Assembly (NCBI GenBank): GCA_965213925.1
Contig: OZ243927.1
Coordinates: 1,216,001 to 1,280,000, forward strand
Reading direction: 5' to 3'
Length of the DNA: 64,000 nt
Source of the DNA: Trueperaceae bacterium
GTDB lineage: Bacteria > Deinococcota > Deinococci > Deinococcales > Trueperaceae
The notes beneath the pieces were generated by a model, which worked only from the letters and a program-made list of their open reading frames with translations, was not told where the DNA came from and made no database searches. Shown in pieces: positions 31,642-40,642 of this stretch (positions are counted from its first letter, which is position 1; each line of letters begins with the position of its first letter). A program made the position numbers and the translations under genes.

Positions 31642-32874
<1,233 letters not shown>

Positions 32875-33005
32875 GTCGCCGTAAGTCACCGGACCTCTCG
32901 TCTGCCAGGTCATCTCGAGCACGACAACATCCGATTTCGGAGGATTGCTCGAGCTGGCGCACCCGTAGCGCGTGAGTCTCGGCGTTTACCTGGCGACTAT
33001 CCCCG

Positions 33006-33578
33006 TCAGTGCTCGATCCCGCGCTGCGCAGGCACATCCGCGTCAAAGGCGTGTTTGATTTTCTTCATTTCAGTCACGGTATCGGCAGCTTCGACGAGCT
33101 TCTCGTGGGCGTCTCGCCCGGTTAAAACGACGTGCATCTTAGTGGGTCGGCTGCGGAGCGTGTCCACTACGTCATCCACTTCTAGCCAGCCCCACATCAC
33201 CGGATAGGTCACTTCGTCTAAGACCACCATGTCGTACTCACCGCTTAATATCGCTCTTTTCGCGCCCTCCCAGCCCTCCTGAGCAATCTTTTTAGAGCGC
33301 TCCAAATCTTGACTTCGCCAACTGAACCCGTCGCCGAGCCCCGCGAAGGGGATGCCCAGCGTTTCGAAGCTCCGGTGCTCGCCGAACTTCGCGCCCTCGT
33401 GTTTGATAAATTGGAAGAGCCGCGTGCGCAGCCCGCGCCCGTGCGCCCGCACCATCAGCCCGAGCGCGGCTGTCGTCTTGCCCTTGCCGTGACCCGTGTT
33501 GAGGATGACGAGCCCGCGCCGCTCGCCCTGGGCTTTCTTGGTCTTCTTGTTTGTAGGGGGTGCTTTGGTATCGCTCAT
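33006..33578 (-). CDS. cobO: Cob(I)alamin adenosyltransferase (CobO/BtuR)
   Basis: [26 protein letters not shown]...GIEH. Confidence 0.93.
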   Translation of the reverse strand: MSDTKAPPTNKKTKKAQGERRGLVILNTGHGKGKTTAALGLMVRAHGRGLRTRLFQFIKHEGAKFGEHRSFETLGIPFAGLGDGFSWRSQDLERSKKIAQEGWEGAKRAILSGEYDMVVLDEVTYPVMWGWLEVDDVVDTLRSRPTKMHVVLTGRDAHEKLVEAADTVTEMKKIKHAFDADVPAQRGIEH

Positions 33579-33693
33579 GGAGTTCCTTTCAGAAGGGGTG
33601 CTAGCGGTTAGCTGTTAGTTGAAGGCGTTCTTGATGACAGTAGATGGACTTCGGAGTACGAGCCGAGTCACGAATGAGGATCGAAAGAGAAAC

Positions 33694-34434
33694 TCAAAAT
33701 AGCGTCGCCACGACCAGCATCACCGCCTCGCTGCTCTCGACGAGTGCGCCGTAAGCGTCGCCGCCTAAGCCCGCCATCTGCCGGTTTAGCCAGGTGGCAA
33801 TGATGAGCGTAGAGAGTGCAGCGCTGAGGATGAGGAAGAGGAGGGCGGGCAGCTCGAGCCAAAAAACCGCGATAAAAAGCGAGAGCACGACCCCGAGGCT
33901 AGTAGGTAAAAAGGTCTCGTCAAATCTGAGATTTGTGCGCCGTCCCAAGAGGCTTACGTCGTAAACCGGATAGCTCGCCATCGCCCACGTCACCGCGCTC
34001 CGGCTCAAAATAGGAATGATGAGAAGCGTACCCGCGTTACTTAGCGCTCCGACCGCGGCAGCTTTGGTCAGAATCAACAAGCTCCCCGCCGCCAATGCGA
34101 ATGCGCCCACACGCGGGTCCTTGACGATGCGCCAACGCTCTTCAGGAGGTTTGGGCGCAAAGGCGGCGTCGGCGAGGTCGCAGAAGCCGTCGAAGTGGAG
34201 TGCGCCTGTAATAAGGAGCCACAGCGCTGTAATGAGGACGCCGCGCAGCATTGGCGCAAGAGGTGCGAAGAGGATAAAAGCGAGTGCTAGGAGAACGCCG
34301 ACAACAAGCCCGACGAGCGGATACGCTTTCACCGCTAAACGTAAATCATCCTCGCGCCACTCCTTGACGAGCGGGACGGGCAGCGTAGTGAGAAAGCCTA
34401 AAGCGACGCGAATCGCTCTGAGGTAAGAGGTCAT
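33694..34434 (-). CDS. cobS: Adenosylcobinamide-GDP ribazoletransferase
   Basis: FLTTLP, TGALHFDGFCDLADA, KDPRVGAF, GGDAYGA. Confidence 0.92.
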   Translation of the reverse strand: MTSYLRAIRVALGFLTTLPVPLVKEWREDDLRLAVKAYPLVGLVVGVLLALAFILFAPLAPMLRGVLITALWLLITGALHFDGFCDLADAAFAPKPPEERWRIVKDPRVGAFALAAGSLLILTKAAAVGALSNAGTLLIIPILSRSAVTWAMASYPVYDVSLLGRRTNLRFDETFLPTSLGVVLSLFIAVFWLELPALLFLILSAALSTLIIATWLNRQMAGLGGDAYGALVESSEAVMLVVATLF

Positions 34435-34456
34435 GATGAAGAGGGTGTAAACGTCA

Positions 34457-35224
34457 TCAGAGTTTAGGTAAGACGACGGGAACGTTTGTGTCCGGCTGCG
34501 TGAACACGCTGAGGTCCGCGCCGTAGACCTCTTCCAACCGCTCCTTCGTCAGCACGTCCTCGGGGTCGCCTAGCGCGGCGCACGCGCCGCGCTGCATCAC
34601 GAGCACGCGGTCGCACACTCGCGCTGCTAGGTTGAGGTCGTGCAAGACGATAAGCGCCCCCAAACCCCGCGCGACCTCCCTTTTGACGAAGCGGAGCACT
34701 TCGACTTGATACTTGAGGTCGAGGTGACTGGTGGGCTCGTCCAAGAGTAAAAATTGAGGTTCTTGCGTCAGTGCCCTAGCGAGAAGGACGCGCTGACGTT
34801 CGCCGCCCGAAAGAGAACCAACGGTCCTATCCCGAAATTTCCAAACGTCGGTGCGGCGCATGGCAGCCTCAGCGATGTCTACGTCTTTTTGCGTTTCGGA
34901 CGCTAAGAAGCCTAGATGGGGCGTACGCCCCATCATGACGACCTCTTGAACGCGGAAGCTTTCGGGTAAGTCGCTCCCTTGTGGCACCACGGCGGTCAAG
35001 CGGGCAAGCTCGAGCCGCCCCACCTCTTGAATCTTCTTTCCGAAGACCCGCACCTCTCCACGCGCAGGTTTCAAAAGCCGTGTGAGGAGCCCTATAAGCG
35101 TCGATTTGCCCACGCCGTTCGGTCCGACGACGCCCAAAACTTCCCCCTTTTGTAGCGAGAAGCTCAGGTCTTTTACGACCTCTTTTTGGTCGTAGCGAAA
35201 GTGCAAGTTAGAAACTTCGATCAA
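34457..35224 (-). CDS. btuD: Corrinoid ABC transporter ATPase
   Basis: GPNGVGKS, LSGGERQR, DEPTSHLD; TTG start overlaps the permease stop. Confidence 0.85.
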   Translation of the reverse strand: MIEVSNLHFRYDQKEVVKDLSFSLQKGEVLGVVGPNGVGKSTLIGLLTRLLKPARGEVRVFGKKIQEVGRLELARLTAVVPQGSDLPESFRVQEVVMMGRTPHLGFLASETQKDVDIAEAAMRRTDVWKFRDRTVGSLSGGERQRVLLARALTQEPQFLLLDEPTSHLDLKYQVEVLRFVKREVARGLGALIVLHDLNLAARVCDRVLVMQRGACAALGDPEDVLTKERLEEVYGADLSVFTQPDTNVPVVLPKL

Positions 35225-36276
35225 GCGACGCCCCCCTTCTGCCGCCGCATCAAATAGAGGAAAAAAGGTCCGCCCACGAGCGCCGTCACTACACCTACGG
35301 GCAGTTCTGAGGGTGCGATCACGGTGCGGGCGAAGAGGTCGGCGAGTACCATGAAGAGTGCGCCCCACACCGCTGCCAAGGGTACGAGCGTGCGGTGGTC
35401 GGGTCCCACCGCCAAGCGTACCGCATGCGGCACCATCAGCCCGACGAAACCGATGATGCCCGACACGCTGACCGCCGCTGCCGTCGCTAAAGTCGCCACG
35501 GCGATGAGCGCGACCTTGAACGCTTCGACGCTCAGCCCGAGCTGCGCCGCTTGCGCTTCGCCGAGCTGCAAGAGGTTCAAAGCGCGCGCTGAAAGCATCG
35601 TCGCGACGCCTGCGATGAGAATAAAGGGGAGAACCGACGCGATTTTGGACCAGCTCGAGAGCGCAAAACTCCCCAAGAGCCACGCTAAGACGCCCACGGC
35701 TTGCTCCTGCGCCAAAAGCATCATGAACGAGGTCGCGGCGGTGAGACTCGAGCCCACCACCACCCCCGCCAAGATGAGCGAGACGAGCGGCACGCGCCCG
35801 CCTTGTTTGGCGAAGAGGACCACGAGCGAGACGGCTAAGAGCGCGAAAACAAAGGCGACTAAGGGCACGCCGAGTTGCGCCAGCAGAGGAAGCGAGGTTG
35901 TAAAGACCAGGACCAGCGTCGCCCCGAAGCCCGCGCCGCTCGCCACACCCAAGAGGTAAGGGTCGGCGAGTGGGTTGCGAAAAACCCCCTGAAAGGCGAC
36001 GCCCGAAAAGGATAAGGACGCGCCGACGAGACCCGCTAGGAGGACTCTGGGCAGACGAATCTGCCAGATGATGACGTCGTTCGTCCCCGAAAGCTCACCC
36101 GCCGCGCCGCGCCACACCGCGCTCACGACCTCGAGTGGCGCAATCCGCACCGCCCCGACGCCCGTCGCTAAGACCAGGACGCCGCCGAGTACGAACAGCG
36201 ACGCCAGTAGGGGCGTCCAGCGCACGCCCGTTCTAACAGTCGCTCTCGCGCCACGCCGAAATAGATTGCGCTGCAT
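35221..36276 (-). CDS. btuC: Corrinoid ABC transporter permease (FecCD/BtuC)
   Basis: IRLPR, RNPLADPYLLG, IGFVGLMVPH; operon with cobS/cobO under a B12 riboswitch. Confidence 0.85.
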   Translation of the reverse strand: MQRNLFRRGARATVRTGVRWTPLLASLFVLGGVLVLATGVGAVRIAPLEVVSAVWRGAAGELSGTNDVIIWQIRLPRVLLAGLVGASLSFSGVAFQGVFRNPLADPYLLGVASGAGFGATLVLVFTTSLPLLAQLGVPLVAFVFALLAVSLVVLFAKQGGRVPLVSLILAGVVVGSSLTAATSFMMLLAQEQAVGVLAWLLGSFALSSWSKIASVLPFILIAGVATMLSARALNLLQLGEAQAAQLGLSVEAFKVALIAVATLATAAAVSVSGIIGFVGLMVPHAVRLAVGPDHRTLVPLAAVWGALFMVLADLFARTVIAPSELPVGVVTALVGGPFFLYLMRRQKGGVA

Positions 36277-37187
36277 CAGTCGAACACCTGTTCGAATTCA
36301 GCAGGGTGAAGGATGCTCGCTAAAAGCCTCGTAGCCTCCGCGATGCGCGGTCCGGGGCGGTTCATGATGTTGACTTGTTCTTCGGTCAGTTCTACGACGC
36401 GCCCGCTTCTCATAGCGCTCAGACTCCCGAAGCCCGGACGCGCCGCCAAGGTCTCCATACTCTCACCCGACGGCGCATTCCCCAGGATGACGATCTCAGG
36501 GTTTGCGGCGACGATGTATTCAGGCTCGAGCTGCGGAAAGTCGCCCTGCTCCGCCGTTACAACGTTGTCCCCTCCGGCTTTTTGAATCAGCGTGCCGATG
36601 AAGGATTCCGGCCCCACGCTGTAGGGCGTCGCGTCGATTTCGTAGTAGACGCTCGGCGCGTCCAAACCCTGCGTGCGCCGCTCGACCTCTTGAAGCTCGA
36701 GCCGCGTGTCCGCGACGAGTGCCTGCGCCTGCGCCTCCCGGTCCAGCAGTTCGCCCAAAATCTCGAAGAAAGCGAAGGTGTCTTGGACGGTCTGCGGGCT
36801 GCCCGCGTAGACGTTCAAGCCTAAGTCGCGGAGCGTCCCCGCCAACTCGCCGTATTCGGAGACCAGGACGAGGTCGGGCTCTAACGCCACGATCGCCTCG
36901 ATGTTGGCTTCCTCCAAACTGCCGCCCAACGTCGGCAAACTCTTCACCTGCGCCGGAAAGTCGCTGTAGCGGTCCACACCCACGAGCGTGCCACACGCCT
37001 CCAACGCGCAGAGCGTTTCGGTGTGGCTTGGCAGCATCGAGACGACGCGCGTAGGCTCAGCAGGGAGCGTCACCTCTACGCCCAACTCGTCCGTCAGCGT
37101 GAGCGGGTAGGTGGTTGCAAAGGTGATACTTAGAAAAAAGACGAGGGAGAGAAGTCGAGCTAGCTTGATAACACCAATGACGTACAC
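36276..37187 (-). CDS. btuF: Corrinoid ABC transporter substrate-binding protein
   Basis: RVVSMLPSHTE, EAIVALEPDLV, NRPGPR. Confidence 0.85.
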   Translation of the reverse strand: MYVIGVIKLARLLSLVFFLSITFATTYPLTLTDELGVEVTLPAEPTRVVSMLPSHTETLCALEACGTLVGVDRYSDFPAQVKSLPTLGGSLEEANIEAIVALEPDLVLVSEYGELAGTLRDLGLNVYAGSPQTVQDTFAFFEILGELLDREAQAQALVADTRLELQEVERRTQGLDAPSVYYEIDATPYSVGPESFIGTLIQKAGGDNVVTAEQGDFPQLEPEYIVAANPEIVILGNAPSGESMETLAARPGFGSLSAMRSGRVVELTEEQVNIMNRPGPRIAEATRLLASILHPAEFEQVFD

Positions 37188-37213
37188 AAAAGCCTCCAGG
37201 CTCTTGCAGGGAA

Positions 37214-37240
37214 CAAAAAATCCACCCTCATGAGGATGGA
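37214..37240 (-). terminator. Attenuator terminator of the cobalamin riboswitch
   Basis: TCCATCCTC-AT-GAGGGTGGA-TTTTTTG on the minus strand just before the btuF SD. Confidence 0.7.
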
Positions 37241-37305
37241 CGCGCGGCGGCGAGCGTCAAGGACGCCTACCGTGATCGCCCTTCCTTGTGCCTCGCAAGG
37301 AATTA

Positions 37306-37418
37306 CAGCAGGTATTATCTGGTCACAAACGCTCTCAGACGAGAGAGTATCGCTTAACACGCACGTTCAGAGATAATACTTGCGTGATACAAGCTCAGTG
37401 ACTGCGACAACCGCCATA
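37306..37418 (+). mobile_element. Family-B copy in the riboswitch expression platform
   Basis: CAGCAGGTATTATCTGG...AGATAATACTTGCGTGATACAAGCTCAG. Confidence 0.7.
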
Positions 37419-37422
37419 GGTC

Positions 37423-37636
37423 TGTTCCAGCTTGGCATTCGGGCTTCTTGAAGAGGTCATCATCGTTCAGATTGAATCACGCAGATTTCATCTCTAAAAG
37501 TGATTGCTAAAGGATGCTTTATCTGCTAAAACTGGCTCCGACCAGATGAAATCCAGCTAGCCTATCGGCTGAGACCTACAAGTTACCGTTGCGGGACAGC
37601 GCCGGACTCGCACCGGACTTTCCCAAGGTTGGAACA
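37423..37636 (-). ncRNA. Cobalamin riboswitch containing a family-B insert (37466-37559) in its peripheral stem
   Basis: GGGAAAGTCCGGTGCGAGTCCGGCGCTGTCCCGCAACGGTAA...AAGCCCGAATGCC; closing stem TGTTCCAACCTTGG / CCAAGCTGGAACA. Confidence 0.9.
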
Positions 37637-37641
37637 AAATC

Positions 37642-37670
37642 AGCTTACGGGGCTTTGGGGGAGGTGTCAA
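37642..37670 (-). promoter_or_regulatory. Sigma70 promoter of the btu/cob operon
   Basis: TTGACA-N17-TAAGCT immediately upstream of the riboswitch. Confidence 0.75.
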
Positions 37671-37685
37671 GCTGTGTCCTCGAGT

Positions 37686-38111
37686 TTAGCGTGCCTCAAG
37701 TAGCCCCTCGCGCTTCTCCTCCTCGTAAAGCCGCTCTTGCACAAAAGCTTTCAAGAGCGTTTGGTAGCCCATCCCTTTGCGCTCAGCCAATACCTTGAGC
37801 CGCGTCACCGTATCGTCTTCGAAGCGCACCGCGATGGGACCGGAGCGCTTGGGCTTGGGCTCCTCCAAGGTTCTGAGCAAGCGCCGCACCGATATTCCCC
37901 TCTCCTGCACAACCTCTCTAAGTTTTTCCAAGACCTCTTCAGGTAGGTCCAAGGTGACGCTGCGCTCGCGCGGCGGGGGCAACTCGGGGTCGTCTGCGCT
38001 GGGTCTATGAAAAGCAATGCTGTCGCCAAACTCGTGCTCTTCCCAAAAGCGAGCTTCCTCTGCTTCGCTCATTCCCTGCGGAATTTCGCTCAAGTCGTTG
38101 ATGACCTTCAC
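37686..38111 (-). CDS. BrnA/CopG-like antitoxin with two ribbon-helix-helix segments
   Basis: EAEEARFWEEH...IAVRFEDD...KGMGYQTLLK. Confidence 0.8.
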   Translation of the reverse strand: MKVINDLSEIPQGMSEAEEARFWEEHEFGDSIAFHRPSADDPELPPPRERSVTLDLPEEVLEKLREVVQERGISVRRLLRTLEEPKPKRSGPIAVRFEDDTVTRLKVLAERKGMGYQTLLKAFVQERLYEEEKREGLLEAR

Positions 38112-38429
38112 TTCTTCTCCCTTCGCATCCTCTTGTAGCGCTCGACTTCCCTAAGTTTGACCTGCACCGAGAAAGGGCGGACGGTTTCGCTCCGCACTGT
38201 GTAGATGACTGTAATGATGTCGCCGCAGCTCGTTTGCCCTGTAATCGCCCGACGCTTCTCGAAGGCTGTATTGTAAGCGTCGGTGCGGATTCGGTAGGGG
38301 TCGGCGAAGACCTCTTCAACATCCTCTGCTTCCCACAGGTTAAGGCTCGCGCCGTAGCACTTTACGTGCTCACCTGTTACCTCATTTAGCGATGTGCTCC
38401 AGGTTGGCATCATCCCAGACGAACCGCAT
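38108..38429 (-). pseudogene. BrnT-like toxin disrupted by a structured insertion of about 45 nt
   Basis: MRFVWDDANLEHIAK-stop; continues as EAEDVEEVFADP...GQT...TVIYTVR...EVERY in another frame. Confidence 0.72.
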
Positions 38430-38435
38430 AACTTA

Positions 38436-38546
38436 TAGCAGGTATCATCTGGTTTGAGACGCTCTCACTATAGAAAACACTGTCTAGCACGCACGTTAAG
38501 AGATGATATCTGCGGCGCTCTGTCTCAGTATGTTCTGGAAGTGCTA
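38436..38546 (+). mobile_element. Family-B element, minimal form
   Basis: TA-GCAGGTATCATCTGG...AGATGATATCTGC...GGAAGTGC-TA. Confidence 0.78.
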
Positions 38547-38581
38547 TTAGTATGTATTATCGTGAATACTAAAAGGTTTGT

Positions 38582-38806
38582 TTAATCTCTGCCATAATCG
38601 TTCAGATGCTTAGGATTGGTCGCTAAGTCACCCGGTCCGCCCTCCACACTGCCCACCAGGTCTCCCGCCAAGTCCAGCGCAGACCCATGTTTGCCCAAAG
38701 GCTTCTGAGACCTGCTTCCTAAAAACTCCACGAAATCCAGCACCTCCCGCTGCCGCTCCGGTGGCAACGTGCGCAACTTTTCCAAAACCGCTTCTTCAAT
38801 ACTCAT
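38582..38806 (-). CDS. DUF2281-like orphan antitoxin
   Basis: LRTLPPERQREVLDFVEFL...GPGDLATNPKHL. Confidence 0.75.
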   Translation of the reverse strand: MSIEEAVLEKLRTLPPERQREVLDFVEFLGSRSQKPLGKHGSALDLAGDLVGSVEGGPGDLATNPKHLNDYGRD

Positions 38807-39099
38807 TGCCTTACCCCCAATACCACCTCAGGATGCTTCGCCGCAATTTTAAGGAGAGTACGCGCCGCCCCGCTCGGCACACGCCGCCCCTGCTCCCAAC
38901 CGATAACCGTGTGCTTGCTGACCCCTAAGAGCGTGCCGAACTCAGCTTGAGAGAGCCCGAGGGTGCGCCGCACGTCGGAGACTTTAGGTGTACCATCTTC
39001 CAGTACCGTCACCCTGGCGGGTTCTAGCTCGCCCTTCTCAATCGCTTTCATCTGTTTAACGCTAGTAATGAGGTCATCAAAAAGTTTGTCTTCCATCAT
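38803..39099 (-). CDS. HigA-like HTH antitoxin
   Basis: LGLSQAEFGTLLGVS...WEQGRRVPSGAA. Confidence 0.88.
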   Translation of the reverse strand: MMEDKLFDDLITSVKQMKAIEKGELEPARVTVLEDGTPKVSDVRRTLGLSQAEFGTLLGVSKHTVIGWEQGRRVPSGAARTLLKIAAKHPEVVLGVRQ

Positions 39100-39410
39100 T
39101 CCTCCTCGAGAGTGTTCCGCAAAATCTTGACCTGCCTCGGGGTCAAGTCGTCCTGAACGTCTTTGCTATAAGCGAGTAATAAGGTGATACGTTCTCCTTG
39201 AACCGCGTAAATAACACGAATGCCGCCCCTTTTGCCCTTGCCGCGTGAAGGGTCGGTAAAGCGCACCTTACGAAGCCCGCCCCCGCCACGAATAACCGTG
39301 CCCTTCTTAGGGTTCTCGAGCAACTCATTTTGCAGGGCACGCAACCCCTCATCATTTAGAAGTTCGCCGATGAGCCGGTGGAAGATGGGAGTTTCAACAA
39401 AAACGCTCAT
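39096..39410 (-). CDS. RelE/HigB-family toxin
   Basis: FVETPIF...GGGGLRKVR...GKRGGIRVIY...LLLAYSK. Confidence 0.9.
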   Translation of the reverse strand: MSVFVETPIFHRLIGELLNDEGLRALQNELLENPKKGTVIRGGGGLRKVRFTDPSRGKGKRGGIRVIYAVQGERITLLLAYSKDVQDDLTPRQVKILRNTLEEE

Positions 39411-39422
39411 CAATTAGATTAT

Positions 39423-39450
39423 AGTACATAGGATTATAAGTCAATGTACT
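39423..39450. promoter_or_regulatory. Operator and promoter of the higBA-like pair
   Basis: AGTACAT...ATGTACT inverted repeat overlapping TTGACT and TATAAT on the minus strand. Confidence 0.6.
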
Positions 39451-39465
39451 AAGTCTACTCGAGGC

Positions 39466-39687
39466 TCACCCCGCCACCGCCGCCTCCACAATCCCTACCT
39501 CTTCCTCCGTCAGCCCATAAAGCTCATACACCAAGCTATCTATCTGCTCGTCCAACGCCGCAATCTCTCCCGTTAGCCGCTCCAACTCCGCGCCCGCCGC
39601 GCCCGCCTTCTGTTCATGCAGCCCCAACATCTCGTCCACCAGCCGCGTCATACGCTCATGCTGCTCTTTTTCGGTTGGGTTGGAGAG
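39466..39687 (-). repeat. Direct repeat 1 (222 bp), encoding the C-terminal tail of a type IIG R-M enzyme
   Basis: LSNPTEKEQHERMTRLVDEML...IDSLVYELYGLTEEEVGIVE; one mismatch to 40323-40544. Confidence 0.9.
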
Positions 39688-39725
39688 ATTGAGGATGACT
39701 TAATAGGCAGATGCTAAACTGTCCC

Positions 39726-39941
39726 ATGCGCACTGTAAAAGCTCTCATCAACGAGCACGGCAAAGTAGAACTTTTAGAGCCCGTCACGCTGAGTGAAGAG
39801 CGCCAAGCTCTCGTCACCATCCTCGACGCGCCCACCCGAGAGCCGCGTCCCTTCGGGCTCTGCAAGGGCGAATTCAGCGTGCCGGATGACTTTGACGACC
39901 CTCTACCCGACGACATTCTGGACGATTTCGAGCGTGCATGA
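39726..39941 (+). CDS. Antitoxin (VapB-like)
   Basis: RPFGLCKGEFSVPDDFDDPLP; TAAACT just upstream of ATG 39726. Confidence 0.82.
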   Translation: MRTVKALINEHGKVELLEPVTLSEERQALVTILDAPTREPRPFGLCKGEFSVPDDFDDPLPDDILDDFERA

Positions 39942-40321
39942 AGCTCCTCTTGGACACGCACGTGTTCTTGTGGTACATCAGCGGAGATAGCCGCCTACCC
40001 ACCGCTATGCTGAACGCTATACGCGACCCCAATAACGAGGTCTACTTGAGCGTCGTTTCGGTGTGGGAGTCCATCATCAAGTACCAACTCGGCAAGCTGC
40101 CCCTGCCATCTTCCCCTGAAGTCTACTTGCCCTTACAGCGCAGGCGACACCTCATCTACAGCCTGGATGTTGACGAAGCGAGCGTCACCGAGCTTATCAA
40201 GCTGCCGCCGCACCACCGCGACCCCTTTGACCGCTTGCTTATCTGCCAAGCCACTGCGAACAAGATGGTCTTAGCCACCGTAGATAGTGTCATGAAACGT
40301 TACAACGTCAGTACGCTCTGA
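39938..40321 (+). CDS. vapC: VapC/PIN-domain toxin
   Basis: MKLLLDTH, SVWE, HRDPFDRLL, TVD. Confidence 0.92.
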   Translation: MKLLLDTHVFLWYISGDSRLPTAMLNAIRDPNNEVYLSVVSVWESIIKYQLGKLPLPSSPEVYLPLQRRRHLIYSLDVDEASVTELIKLPPHHRDPFDRLLICQATANKMVLATVDSVMKRYNVSTL

Positions 40322-40322
40322 T

Positions 40323-40544
40323 TCACCCCGCCACCGCCGCCTCCACAATCCCTACCTCTTCCTCCGTCAGCCCATAAAGCTCATACACCAAGCTATCTAT
40401 CTGCTCGTCCAACGCCGCAATCTCTCCCGTTAGCCGCTCCAACTCCGCGCCCGCCGCGCCCGCCTTCTGTTCATGCAGCCCCAACATCTCGTCCACCAGC
40501 CGCGTCATACGCTCATGCTGCTCTTTTTAGGTTGGGTTGGAGAG
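40323..40544 (-). repeat. Direct repeat 2 (222 bp), type IIG R-M C-terminal tail
   Basis: Near-identical to 39466-39687. Confidence 0.9.
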
Positions 40545-40642
40545 TTAGGAAGTTTTCTACAGAAGGGAATGCTTGAAGATAGCTTTTTCACTCCTCTATG
40601 ACAAGTGTCATCTTCTATAGTTCTTGACTCAGGGCGCGTCAT

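Noticed and set aside
35225..35683. 408-aa version of the ABC ATPase
   Set aside because: The extension overlaps btuC out of frame; the TTG at 35224 gives a normal-length ATPase with translational coupling.
39466..39651. Duplicated 61-aa gene as a stand-alone protein
   Set aside because: Similarity to the R-M tail extends upstream of the Met, so these are more likely remnants; expression cannot be excluded.
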